Shown here in pieces: positions 17,230 through 25,527 of a DNA stretch of 64,000 nucleotides. Numbering within the stretch: the stretch's first letter is position 1; the number at the start of each line of letters is the position of its first letter. The DNA comes from a virus. The position numbers and the translations under genes were made by a program. The notes below the pieces were generated by a model that was given only the letters and a program-made list of their open reading frames with translations, was not told the DNA's origin and did not search any database. The stretch covers positions 540-64,539 of IMG/VR virus record IMGVR_UViG_3300022723_000094, one strand, 5' to 3'.

Positions 17230-18360
17230 CTAATCCCGCTCGAAGGCGTAAGTCGCGCTGCAGTGAGGACATGGGATGCCGGACCATGGCCCGGTTCCGG
17301 GGAGCGTCACCTCGAAATCGTTCCCGCACTGCTCGCACTGGAGGTTGGCCTTACCGACGATGGGCCCCTGGATTGGCTGGCCCACCCCTTTCTCGATGGA
17401 GCCCACGTAGGGGAGGTGGTTGCTGATCAGGGGCTTGTCACGCGCCGGAGGATAGATGCCCCCGCTCGCGCCAACCCGGACGGGGCCGTTGATGGGGATG
17501 TCCCCTTGCGCCGCGGCCTTGTACGTCCCGCCGCCTCCGCCGTAGGGGCCGGGATCGAGCACGATCTCCAGGTCCTCGCCCTTCTTGGCGTTGTGCAGTG
17601 CGCGGCCGATGATCCGATCGGTCCCCGCACCGAGCGGCTTGTTGTACGGCATGCCGATCCCACCGTACGGGTCATTGGCCATCTTGCCCGTGCCCTTCGG
17701 CTCGATCCAGCCGCACTTCTTGCAGCAACTGTGGATCTCCCCCGTCGTGGGATTGACCGCATTGTCGTTCAGGTCGTGGTCCCGCCCGTCAGCGGGGCAT
17801 GGCTGCATCGGACCACATGCCCCAAGGTTCTCGTTGAAGTCCCGCTGCCGATCCTGATCGTAGCCACAGTCCGTGGGGATGAAAGGGAACCCACCATGGT
17901 TGACACCGGGGTAGACGAAGTCCTCGTCGTCCCCGAACTCGTCGTGGTCCATCGCTGCCCCGAGTTCCTCCATCGACTTGCCCGCTCCGATGGTAGCCTT
18001 GATGAGCTTCTTCAGAGACTCGGTCAGGACCTTCGCCCCAACGGCCTTGGCGATCCGCTCCAGGGCCTCCTCGTCCAGATCCTGGATGACCGGATCGTTG
18101 AAGAGGTGCCCACCGTCCAGGTTCTCCCGCTCCGCGTCCTCGCCCCACCCGGTGACCTCGGCCGAGCGGATGAACTCATCGCCGTAGGAGGACATCGTGG
18201 TGTCGCCCACCGTCACCCTGTAGCACTTGTCCATCTGGATCGGCAGCTCGCTTCCGCGCGACAGAATCTCCCGCAGCGCATCCCGCTCGCTCTCAGCCTG
18301 CACGGTTCCACTGTCGATGTGGCGGGTGCCTTCGTAGATGCTCCACTTGTGGTGCTTCAT
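17230..18360 (-). CDS. Mosaic hypothetical protein with Cys clusters, 376 aa
   Basis: Several CxxC groups and a central IIGRALHNAKKGEDLEIVLD segment. Confidence 0.65.
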   Translation of the reverse strand: MKHHKWSIYEGTRHIDSGTVQAESERDALREILSRGSELPIQMDKCYRVTVGDTTMSSYGDEFIRSAEVTGWGEDAERENLDGGHLFNDPVIQDLDEEALERIAKAVGAKVLTESLKKLIKATIGAGKSMEELGAAMDHDEFGDDEDFVYPGVNHGGFPFIPTDCGYDQDRQRDFNENLGACGPMQPCPADGRDHDLNDNAVNPTTGEIHSCCKKCGWIEPKGTGKMANDPYGGIGMPYNKPLGAGTDRIIGRALHNAKKGEDLEIVLDPGPYGGGGGTYKAAAQGDIPINGPVRVGASGGIYPPARDKPLISNHLPYVGSIEKGVGQPIQGPIVGKANLQCEQCGNDFEVTLPGTGPWSGIPCPHCSATYAFERD

Positions 18361-18604
18361 CGCTTCGCTTGAGTCTCCGGATGCAGGCTTTCGTGTCTTC
18401 CTCCACCGCCCCGAGCCGAAGGGCCAGGGCGCGCTTGGACTTGCAGATGTCGTAGTGGGCCAGGGTGGCGTGCGGCTGGAACCACTCCCGCTTGAGGCCC
18501 AACCGCTCAGCCATCTCGTGCAGCTCCTCTTCGGTGTCCGCCATCATGTGGCACATGTGCATGCGGCCCAGGCGCCAGCGGGGTTGGTCCACGTAGACGG
18601 TCAC
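18293..18604 (-). CDS. DUF4031-family protein
   Basis: MTVYVD...MCHMMADTEEELHEMAERLGLKREWFQ...HYDICKSKRALALRLGA. Confidence 0.88.
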   Translation of the reverse strand: MTVYVDQPRWRLGRMHMCHMMADTEEELHEMAERLGLKREWFQPHATLAHYDICKSKRALALRLGAVEEDTKACIRRLKRSDEAPQVEHLRRHPPHRQWNRAG

Positions 18605-18969
18605 GCCTGGGCTTCCTCGATCATGTAGAGCGGGACCTCTTGGCAGTCGTCGGGGTTGGTCTCGGGAGACTCTCCCACTAGGAGTACGATCCCCTCACCG
18701 CCGATGTACCAGTCGTTGGCGTAGACCGCCTCCCGAGGGTAGTCCTCGAAGGCAGCGATGTGGATGAGGGTGTGCAGCTCAAACGGGATGGTCTGCTCCG
18801 GCCACAGGGCCTCGCTCATCTCCCGCTGGTGCGCGTCGCACAGCCACACCCCATCCTCCGGGTCGATCCACTTCGTAGCCTTGTGGCTGTAGTGGGCACC
18901 GCCTTCGGCGTTGCACCTGGGCCACTGGCACAGGTCGTCTCGGGCCTCCTGCCACCTGGGCTTGTTCAT
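18601..18969 (-). CDS. Hypothetical protein, 122 aa
   Basis: Coupled string; CQWPRC...LCDAH. Confidence 0.55.
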   Translation of the reverse strand: MNKPRWQEARDDLCQWPRCNAEGGAHYSHKATKWIDPEDGVWLCDAHQREMSEALWPEQTIPFELHTLIHIAAFEDYPREAVYANDWYIGGEGIVLLVGESPETNPDDCQEVPLYMIEEAQA

Positions 18970-19154
18970 GAGAAGTCCCCGCGGGCCAGCTTCTCGCGGC
19001 GCTTGAGGACATCCTCGTCGAGGGCCTCGGACTTCACCAGCTCACGCAGCTCGTGGTTCTTCCGGCGACACCCCAGCCTCTCGGCGAGGCTCGGTACCAG
19101 TTTGACGAGGCGGTCGATCCGCCGCCAGCGTCCTCGTTCTTCAGGTTGGTTCAT
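18966..19154 (-). CDS. Hypothetical protein, 62 aa
   Basis: Coupled string. Confidence 0.5.
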   Translation of the reverse strand: MNQPEERGRWRRIDRLVKLVPSLAERLGCRRKNHELRELVKSEALDEDVLKRREKLARGDFS

Positions 19155-19597
19155 GGCTTCTCCAGTCTCAGTGTCACGTTGTTGTACCCACCGTCGGTGG
19201 TCATGATGGTGTCCTTGCCGTACTTGCGGATGAGTCGGTTGATCATCCTCCGCCAGTCCGCAAGGCTAAAGCTCGGATCGTCGGCCTCGTCGTTCGGGTC
19301 GACAGTTGCCCGGAAGGAAGCCGCTCGGTCCCGGTCCTCGCGCAGCCTCCGACGGTCCCGCACCATGCCGGACAGCGTCCCGCGCTTGATGAGGTGCAGG
19401 TCCTTGCCGCCGTAGTAGGAGATGCGGACATCTCCCGCCAAGACGTACCCGGACAGGTCGCTTCGTCCGTCGTCGACCTTCCAAGAGAGCTGCTCGGGCG
19501 TGGTCTCCTCGCCCTGGTACCAGATCGGGTCCTGGCTCGAGCCGTGCTCTTCCAGATCCTGGATCGCACGGTTCACGGACATCTCGTTGGGTCTCAT
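19151..19597 (-). CDS. Hypothetical protein, about 148 aa
   Basis: Coupled string; start uncertain. Confidence 0.55.
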   Translation of the reverse strand: MRPNEMSVNRAIQDLEEHGSSQDPIWYQGEETTPEQLSWKVDDGRSDLSGYVLAGDVRISYYGGKDLHLIKRGTLSGMVRDRRRLREDRDRAASFRATVDPNDEADDPSFSLADWRRMINRLIRKYGKDTIMTTDGGYNNVTLRLEKP

Positions 19598-19638
19598 GTC
19601 AGTCTCCCACGTATCGATGTTGACCCTCGATGGTGGGC

Positions 19639-20004
19639 TCACCCATCATAGTGCCAGTCCTCCTGCCCACCTGGGCCTCCCATCGTGTTCCAGAAGTAGT
19701 CGTCCACCGCGTCCATGATGTCCTCCGCCCACTCCTCGTCGATCTTCTTGACCAGGGTTTCGGGGAGGCGACCGAACATGCGGTAGAACGCTCGGACCAT
19801 GTTGTCCAAGCCCTCGGTGCTGAGCTCCAGCTCGAGGAGGACCTCGTCGATGTCCTCGATCTCCCAGGAGAAGTCCTCGCAGTTGCCGCCGCTCGGCGGA
19901 TACCCCGGGTCGCCGTTGGAGAAGGTGTGGACCCCGGGGTCGTAGTCCTCGACGGAAGCGTCAAGGGCCAGGCCGCGGAAGGTCATGTCGACTTGGTAGC
20001 TCAT
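19639..20004 (-). CDS. Acidic hypothetical protein, 121 aa
   Basis: YDPG.HTFSNGDPGYPPSGG motif; coupled string. Confidence 0.6.
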   Translation of the reverse strand: MSYQVDMTFRGLALDASVEDYDPGVHTFSNGDPGYPPSGGNCEDFSWEIEDIDEVLLELELSTEGLDNMVRAFYRMFGRLPETLVKKIDEEWAEDIMDAVDDYFWNTMGGPGGQEDWHYDG

Positions 20005-20192
20005 TTGGTAGTCCAGTGGATGGTGGTCGGGTTGCCTCGGCCGGTGCCAAGCTCGATGCGCATCTTGCCGCGGTCGGCTTCGGTGATGCGGAGAGGGCCG
20101 CGGGACTTGGTGACCAGGAGGTCCTTGGTGTCTCGCGCACAGTCGTGGCAGAGGTCGGGGCGAGCTTCAGCGTGCAGTTTGCAGGTCTTCAT
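20001..20192 (-). CDS. Hypothetical protein, 63 aa
   Basis: GGAGGTG RBS; first gene after the promoter. Confidence 0.6.
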   Translation of the reverse strand: MKTCKLHAEARPDLCHDCARDTKDLLVTKSRGPLRITEADRGKMRIELGTGRGNPTTIHWTTK

Positions 20193-20200
20193 GGCACCTC

Positions 20201-20230
20201 CATCATACCCTACATCCGGCGAAAGGCAAA
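20201..20230 (-). promoter_or_regulatory. Putative sigma70-like promoter
   Basis: TTTGCC-N17-TATGAT in GGGTATGATG context, directly after a terminator. Confidence 0.6.
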
Positions 20231-20239
20231 TCGAATCGG

Positions 20240-20280
20240 AAAAAATGGGGCTCCCGGTCGAATCGAAAACCGGGAGCCCC
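20240..20280 (-). terminator. Rho-independent terminator
   Basis: 12-bp perfect stem ggggctcccggt/accgggagcccc plus T6 on the minus strand. Confidence 0.85.
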
Positions 20281-20294
20281 GCTGGGGAGGGGAC

Positions 20295-20537
20295 TTAGGA
20301 CTCAACATGCTCGCGCAGAATCGTCTCCAAACAAGGAGCCGCTTCCGGCTCACCCAATAGTACCCCGGCCCACTTGGCGAAGCGGCACAATCGAGCGTTT
20401 CCGTGGACCTGGTACTCAGTCAGCTCCCCGTTGGGCGCCACCACGGAGATCGTGATGAGTCCCAGCCCCTCGGCCTTGGCCTTGGGGCGCATCCCTGCAG
20501 CGTAGCTGACGCGACTCTTGGGCTTCTCAGAAGGCAT
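20295..20537 (-). CDS. Hypothetical protein, 80 aa
   Basis: Follows the primase gene. Confidence 0.5.
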   Translation of the reverse strand: MPSEKPKSRVSYAAGMRPKAKAEGLGLITISVVAPNGELTEYQVHGNARLCRFAKWAGVLLGEPEAAPCLETILREHVES

Positions 20538-22956
20538 CGGACTCTACCTCTACTTCGGGTTCGGTGTCCCACTCGTAGGGGCCACCATGGGTCTCGTCGA
20601 ACGCGGCCCGCATCACCTGCAGCGTGGGGAAGACGAAGCAGTTGGGTCGGGCGGTGTCTTGGGGCTGCCCCGTCTGGGGGTGAACCGGCGCACCCTTCAC
20701 GGTGCCATCCTCAACCTCCTTGGTGGAGGCCTGCTTCCGTCCTACCTTGTCCGGCCCGATGGCGGCCATGAGGAACTGGTTCACGTGGAAGTGGCTGCTC
20801 GTGCGGTGGGGTCCCACGAACGTCTTGTGGTCATAGGTCACCAGGCCGCTGGGGATCATCGCCCCGTTGGTGAGCGGGATGTCGCCGATCATGCCATTCT
20901 GCAGCACGTCGTACCACCACTTGGCGGTGGGACTGAACGAGTGGATCTTCTGCTCCTGCAGCGCTGCGGTCTTGGGCTTGCGCCGCGGGTCGAACCCAGC
21001 GAGGTCCCGGGTCGCCAGCAAGTAGAGTAGGGCCTGGTACCCGCCCGCATCCAGCTCAGCGTTCAGGGCCTTCCAGTAGGCGGGGTCGTTGATGTGCGCG
21101 TCGACTACGTCGAGCATCACGAACCGCCGGTCGTCCACCCCGATGGGCACCACCCAGTCCCGGTTCGAGGCCATGATGACGTGGAGGTAGTTGCGCTCGA
21201 CGCTGGCCTCCTTTCCCTTGGGCGTCACCATCATGCTCTCCTCGGTGACGAGCGTCTTGAGCATTGACTCCTGCTGCGAGTCGGCCGCCGCCACGGCCTC
21301 GTCGGCGAACATCACCACGCAGTCGCGGAGGTGGTTGTTGAAGTGTCCGGTCAAGTGCTTCGGGTCGGTGATCTGCTTTCCGTGTCGCCCGAAGAGCTTG
21401 GCGAACGTCTTGGCGAACGTACCCTTGCCGGCACCTTGCCCACCCCGAAGAACGATGGCGGTGTGTCCCGGGTTCCAGGGCTGCTGTACCGCCATGGCCA
21501 TCCAGCTGATGAGGTAGTTGAACAGGTCCTCCTGGCCGTTGCAGATGACGTCTCGGACATGCTTGAGGTAGAGGTCGCAGCTGCCGCCGGGGACAGCCTC
21601 GTAGGCGAAGCCCCGCCACATGTTGTAGACGTCGTCGCCAACCTCCTGCCCTGGCTGGAAGACGATGCTCTTGTAGCTCCGGCGCATCGGGTGCTCGAAC
21701 CACCACTTGCCCAAGGGCTTGCTGATGGTGCCGTTACCCGAAGCGTTGGGGAGGGTCACGAACTGGTTGGCGTAGAACGCCTTGAAGTCCGTGGGCGACT
21801 GGAGCACCATGACCTTGGTGCCGTTGAACGCCTCCTCGTAGACGATTCGGCACGATCCACTCCCGGTGTTCTGCACCACCGCATAGCGGTTGTTGAACTC
21901 GGCCAGCTTCGGGTCGACCGCGAACTCCCGTGCCCGTTCGATCTGCCGCTTGGCGTACCCGTCGCCCCGCCCGTTCGTGCCGTCGATGACGGACTTCGAG
22001 ATCTCCCAATCTGGGTCCGTGATGACCGCGTAGATGGTGTCGTCGTCGCACTTCTGCCGGACCAGCTCACAGCACACGTGGAAGAGCGGTCCCGATCGGC
22101 CCTCGATGTGATAATTGCCCGCGGTCGGGTCGTCGGGGTCGTACCCCTGAGCGATCATCACCTTGGTCTGGTCGGGTACTCCAGGCGGTAGCTCGTCAAG
22201 GGACTGAAGCCGCTTGACATTCTCACTGATCTGAACCGTGGCCCCGGTCGAGAACCCGTCCTTCTTCGCCTCCACCTGGGGAGCCTTCGTGAAGGAGGTC
22301 AGGTCGTACACGTTGTCGTTCGTGTACAGCACCCGGGAGGGGGCCACGACCCGGCCCTTGTTCCGCTTCTTCAGGTCGGGGTAGTTGATCGTGCCCGGGA
22401 GGCGCGCGATGCGGTCGACGTTGTGACAGGAGTCGGCCCCGAAGAGCATCTCCAGCTGCAGGTTGTACAGCTTGGCCTCCTCGTACTGTGCGGCCTCCCG
22501 GTTGATGGGGAAGGGCTCCTTCAGCCGCCAGAAACCCCAGAAACCCCCGCCGCTGTCGATGAGCGCCGACGGCACGGGAATCCCCTCCGGCAGCTTGTCG
22601 GTCAGCAGCGCCTCGATCCGGTTCTTCTCATCGAGGTTGTGTTGCGCCTTGTCCGCGTCCGGCTCCGGGACCCGCGGGTCAAGGTCGACGTGTAGGAAGC
22701 ACATCTCCTTGATGTCCAGGCGGGCGGCCTTCTTGTTCATGTCCGCCCACGGACGGTTGATCGAGAAGTAGAAGTTGTAATCCCCTCCGTAGTACTCCTC
22801 CATCCACGTGGCGACGTCGTCGCCAGGGTAGAAGGTACGGGTGGGCGGGGCCTTGCTCTCTTCGGTTCGCTCGACAGGGATCGCCGTCAGAAGCCACGGA
22901 CCCTGCGGGTACATGAACTCAAGGAACTTGACGGCTGCATGGGGATCTTGATTCAT
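20527..22956 (-). CDS. Primase-helicase (RepB-like primase N-terminus plus DUF5906/D5-like SF3 NTPase)
   Basis: FLHVDLD, LIDSGGGFWGFW, CHNVDRIARLPGTIN; Walker A GGQGAGKGT, FADEA, IMASN, DDRRF. Confidence 0.88.
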   Translation of the reverse strand: MNQDPHAAVKFLEFMYPQGPWLLTAIPVERTEESKAPPTRTFYPGDDVATWMEEYYGGDYNFYFSINRPWADMNKKAARLDIKEMCFLHVDLDPRVPEPDADKAQHNLDEKNRIEALLTDKLPEGIPVPSALIDSGGGFWGFWRLKEPFPINREAAQYEEAKLYNLQLEMLFGADSCHNVDRIARLPGTINYPDLKKRNKGRVVAPSRVLYTNDNVYDLTSFTKAPQVEAKKDGFSTGATVQISENVKRLQSLDELPPGVPDQTKVMIAQGYDPDDPTAGNYHIEGRSGPLFHVCCELVRQKCDDDTIYAVITDPDWEISKSVIDGTNGRGDGYAKRQIERAREFAVDPKLAEFNNRYAVVQNTGSGSCRIVYEEAFNGTKVMVLQSPTDFKAFYANQFVTLPNASGNGTISKPLGKWWFEHPMRRSYKSIVFQPGQEVGDDVYNMWRGFAYEAVPGGSCDLYLKHVRDVICNGQEDLFNYLISWMAMAVQQPWNPGHTAIVLRGGQGAGKGTFAKTFAKLFGRHGKQITDPKHLTGHFNNHLRDCVVMFADEAVAAADSQQESMLKTLVTEESMMVTPKGKEASVERNYLHVIMASNRDWVVPIGVDDRRFVMLDVVDAHINDPAYWKALNAELDAGGYQALLYLLATRDLAGFDPRRKPKTAALQEQKIHSFSPTAKWWYDVLQNGMIGDIPLTNGAMIPSGLVTYDHKTFVGPHRTSSHFHVNQFLMAAIGPDKVGRKQASTKEVEDGTVKGAPVHPQTGQPQDTARPNCFVFPTLQVMRAAFDETHGGPYEWDTEPEVEVESDAF

Positions 22957-22966
22957 CAGTCTAAGT

Positions 22967-23365
22967 CTACCCTAGGAGCCCGAGAAGGGCTTGGGGTAGC
23001 TCCTTCGCGGACACACAGAAGATGGCGGCGGCCTTGATCTCAGCCTGGGTGGCCTCGCCGATGATCTCGGCGGCGACCCTGCCGTCGAGCATGATGTAGT
23101 CGCGCGCGATCTGCATCAGGACGTATGCCTTCCCGCCCTTCTCGATCCGGCGGGTGATCCAGATTCGTTGCTGCGGAGAGAGGTCGTGGTGTAGGCGGAG
23201 GGGCGTGTCCGGCCGGACCGGCCACTTGTCCTCCTGCTTGAGCTCGATCCATCCCCCGATGTAGTTGACGTCCGGCGTGCCGGGGAGGCAGGGGTTCTCC
23301 ACCCGGCAGGCGTCGAGGGGCTTGAGGATCTTGACGACCCGTCCGGCAAGTGCTTTCTCACTCAT
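22967..23365 (-). CDS. PD-(D/E)XK nuclease (VRR-NUC / Holliday junction resolvase-like)
   Basis: RVEN..LPGTPDVNY..GWIELK, SPQQRIWI. Confidence 0.8.
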   Translation of the reverse strand: MSEKALAGRVVKILKPLDACRVENPCLPGTPDVNYIGGWIELKQEDKWPVRPDTPLRLHHDLSPQQRIWITRRIEKGGKAYVLMQIARDYIMLDGRVAAEIIGEATQAEIKAAAIFCVSAKELPQALLGLLG

Positions 23366-23535
23366 GGTGTGATGCTGTGTGCTGCGCCGGGAGGACCCGG
23401 CGGGTTGTGCAGTGCTTCGAGGGCCGCGATCCTTGCCTCAAGTAGGGCGACGAGTTCCTCGAGATCCTTGATACGCTGCTTGTTCTTCTTGCTCCTCTTG
23501 TTGATCTTCTCGACGAGTTCCTTCGGGGACCACAT
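23362..23535 (-). CDS. Small coiled-coil protein, 57 aa
   Basis: Translated by hand: MWSPKELVEKINKRSKKNKQRIKDLEELVALLEARIAALEALHN...; ATGA overlap with the nuclease gene. Confidence 0.55.
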   Translation of the reverse strand: MWSPKELVEKINKRSKKNKQRIKDLEELVALLEARIAALEALHNPPGPPGAAHSITP

Positions 23536-23542
23536 TGGGACC

Positions 23543-24073
23543 TCATGCCATCCGCAGCTCTATGCCTGCTTCTTCGAACATCTCCCAGGCGATCATGACG
23601 GAATCGCCCCAGCGTTCGGGGTCGGGTTCGCCCTCTAGAGCAGGCACCACAAGCGTGCGGATCCCCGCCTGAATAATGGCCTTCGCGCACTCACAGCAGG
23701 GGAGCAAGGTGCAGTAGAGTGTAGCGCCCTCGGTCACGGCGCTGCTCAGGACCGCGTTCAGCTCGGCGTGCACGATGCGAGGGTACTTGGCCTGGCGATC
23801 GGCGTACAAGCGGGGAGCATCATCGACGCCCCGGGGGAACCCGTTGTACCCGACCCCCACGACCCGGCGCTTGTCGTCTACGACGACGGCTCCGACCTTG
23901 GTACTGGGGTCCTTGGACCAGGTTGAGATGTGGTCGGCGAGGAGGAGGAACCGCTTGTCCCACTTCTCCTGGGCGCTGACGACTTTCGGCATGTTGAACT
24001 CCACGGACGGGATGAAGGGGTGGCGGTACGGGTGGTTGTTCTCGGGGTTCCCGCAGGTCTTGCATACGATCAC
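23543..24073 (-). CDS. dCMP deaminase
   Basis: SKDPSTKVGAV, GYNGFPRG, HAELNA, PCCECAKAIIQAGI; GTG start overlaps the upstream stop. Confidence 0.92.
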   Translation of the reverse strand: MIVCKTCGNPENNHPYRHPFIPSVEFNMPKVVSAQEKWDKRFLLLADHISTWSKDPSTKVGAVVVDDKRRVVGVGYNGFPRGVDDAPRLYADRQAKYPRIVHAELNAVLSSAVTEGATLYCTLLPCCECAKAIIQAGIRTLVVPALEGEPDPERWGDSVMIAWEMFEEAGIELRMA

Positions 24074-24291
24074 AGGTCTACCCTCCTCAGTTCGTGGTCG
24101 GGGTTGAGTTCGAGGAGCGCCTCGAAGTAGGCGTCCCGATCCTGAGGACTGTCGAAGGTCTCGACGAGACTCCACTTGCCGTTCTCCTTGGCGTAGATGG
24201 CCCACCGGAGCTTGGTGTGCTTGCGGGCCTCTCGGACGAGACGCTCCTGCTTCTTGTGTGGGTTGGGCCCACGGCGGCTCTTGCTGCTCAT
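24070..24291 (-). CDS. Hypothetical basic protein, 73 aa
   Basis: Coupled string. Confidence 0.55.
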   Translation of the reverse strand: MSSKSRRGPNPHKKQERLVREARKHTKLRWAIYAKENGKWSLVETFDSPQDRDAYFEALLELNPDHELRRVDL

Positions 24292-24644
24292 TCGATGATA
24301 CGGACCGGGAGGCCCGCCTCCGTAGCGATCTTGATCATGTGGGCCGTGCCTGGTCCACCCGTGGGGAAGGCGACGACCAGGTCGGGCTCGCCGTACTCTA
24401 GCATCCATTCGTTGCGGATCCGGCCCGCGGCCTTGCCGAGGCGGTTCCAGTACGGTTGGGCATGGAAGGTCATGCACGGGAGCATCCGCTCAGCAGCCCA
24501 CCCGCGCGCCAGCATGTCCGCGCCGTCGGCTCCCCCTTGGATGACGCACACCACCCGCTGCAGCTCCATGCTGATCGCGTCCATAGTGCGGTCGAAGGTG
24601 GCCTGGTCTTCGTAGTCCCGGCCTCCGGTGACGAGGATCTTCAT
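24288..24644 (-). CDS. SLOG-family protein (YspA / DUF2493-like)
   Basis: ILVTGGRDY, IQGGADGAD, AGRIRNEWML, LVVAFPTGGPGTAHM. Confidence 0.88.
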   Translation of the reverse strand: MKILVTGGRDYEDQATFDRTMDAISMELQRVVCVIQGGADGADMLARGWAAERMLPCMTFHAQPYWNRLGKAAGRIRNEWMLEYGEPDLVVAFPTGGPGTAHMIKIATEAGLPVRIIE

Positions 24645-24835
24645 GACGCGTCCTTCACGACCTGCGTCGTGAGCTTGGGGATGGCGGTGGCTACCTTGGC
24701 CGCAGCGTTTGGGTTGTCCTGCGACCGGAAGAAGTCGTAGGCGAGGAGAAGGGCCTGCAGTTGCGTCGCGCGCATGATGCTCTGCAGCTCCGGCTTGTCC
24801 GAGCCGCCCATAGCTCGGGCGAGGTCGTCTAGCAT
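24641..24835 (-). CDS. Hypothetical protein, 64 aa
   Basis: Coupled string. Confidence 0.5.
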   Translation of the reverse strand: MLDDLARAMGGSDKPELQSIMRATQLQALLLAYDFFRSQDNPNAAAKVATAIPKLTTQVVKDAS

Positions 24836-25527
24836 GATAGAGCGAGCCGCAGGATTGCGGACTTGATCAGGGGTGAGGCGGCGGCCTGTTTCCAGCCGAG
24901 GAACCGTTGGCCACCAGTGTAGCCGAGCATCTCCCCACACCAGGGGCCGGGGTGAAGGATCTTCGGGAGCCGCCGGTCAAGGGCGAGGGACAGCTGCCAC
25001 TCGTCGCTCTCGCGGCTGACGTAATACACCATCGGATGCTCGTCGGGGGTCACCAGGGGGACCCCCATCATAGTCGCCAATCGCTGGAAAGCCAACATGC
25101 ATCGCGGCTTCTTGCCTTCTTCCGGCCACACGATGCACGTGCGCTCTCGCAACAGGCCTTCCTGCTTCATGACGTAGAGATCAGTGAGCGCTTGGGACGG
25201 GTGATCGTCTCGGCTCCCCGCGTTGATGACGCGCCCCGACAGCTCTTGGGCAGCGTCGTCTCGGACCACGATCACGTCGACCATCTGCTGGAGAACCAGC
25301 GACATGTCCTCCAGGCTCTCCCCCTTCTCCTGAGCGGAAGCGTAGGCGAAGTGACTGACGGTGGTGACGCCCAGCCACTTGGCCGCCAGCTCGAACGCTG
25401 TGCGCGTCCTGGTGCTCGGCTGGTTGAAGATCATGGCCGCGGTGGGGCGGTTCGGGAGTATGGTCTCGTCGCCCACGTGCGCAAAGACACGCTCGGGGTC
25501 TAGGTGCAGTGTGCTCTTGAAGTTCAT
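24829..25527 (-). CDS. Aspartate/ornithine carbamoyltransferase-family protein (short, divergent)
   Basis: FNQPSTRTRTAFELA, KGESLED, INAG, HPSQALTD, ILHPGP; 232 aa; ATGA overlap with the polA stop. Confidence 0.85.
   Translation of the reverse strand: MNFKSTLHLDPERVFAHVGDETILPNRPTAAMIFNQPSTRTRTAFELAAKWLGVTTVSHFAYASAQEKGESLEDMSLVLQQMVDVIVVRDDAAQELSGRVINAGSRDDHPSQALTDLYVMKQEGLLRERTCIVWPEEGKKPRCMLAFQRLATMMGVPLVTPDEHPMVYYVSRESDEWQLSLALDRRLPKILHPGPWCGEMLGYTGGQRFLGWKQAAASPLIKSAILRLALSC

Noticed and set aside
14947-20300. Shared 12-mer ggggacttagga at 14947 and 20289
   Set aside because: A single short match with no flanking similarity; plausible by chance
23358-23690. ORF-track 110 aa protein
   Set aside because: The alternative frame 23362-23535 gives a coherent coiled coil with an ATGA coupling
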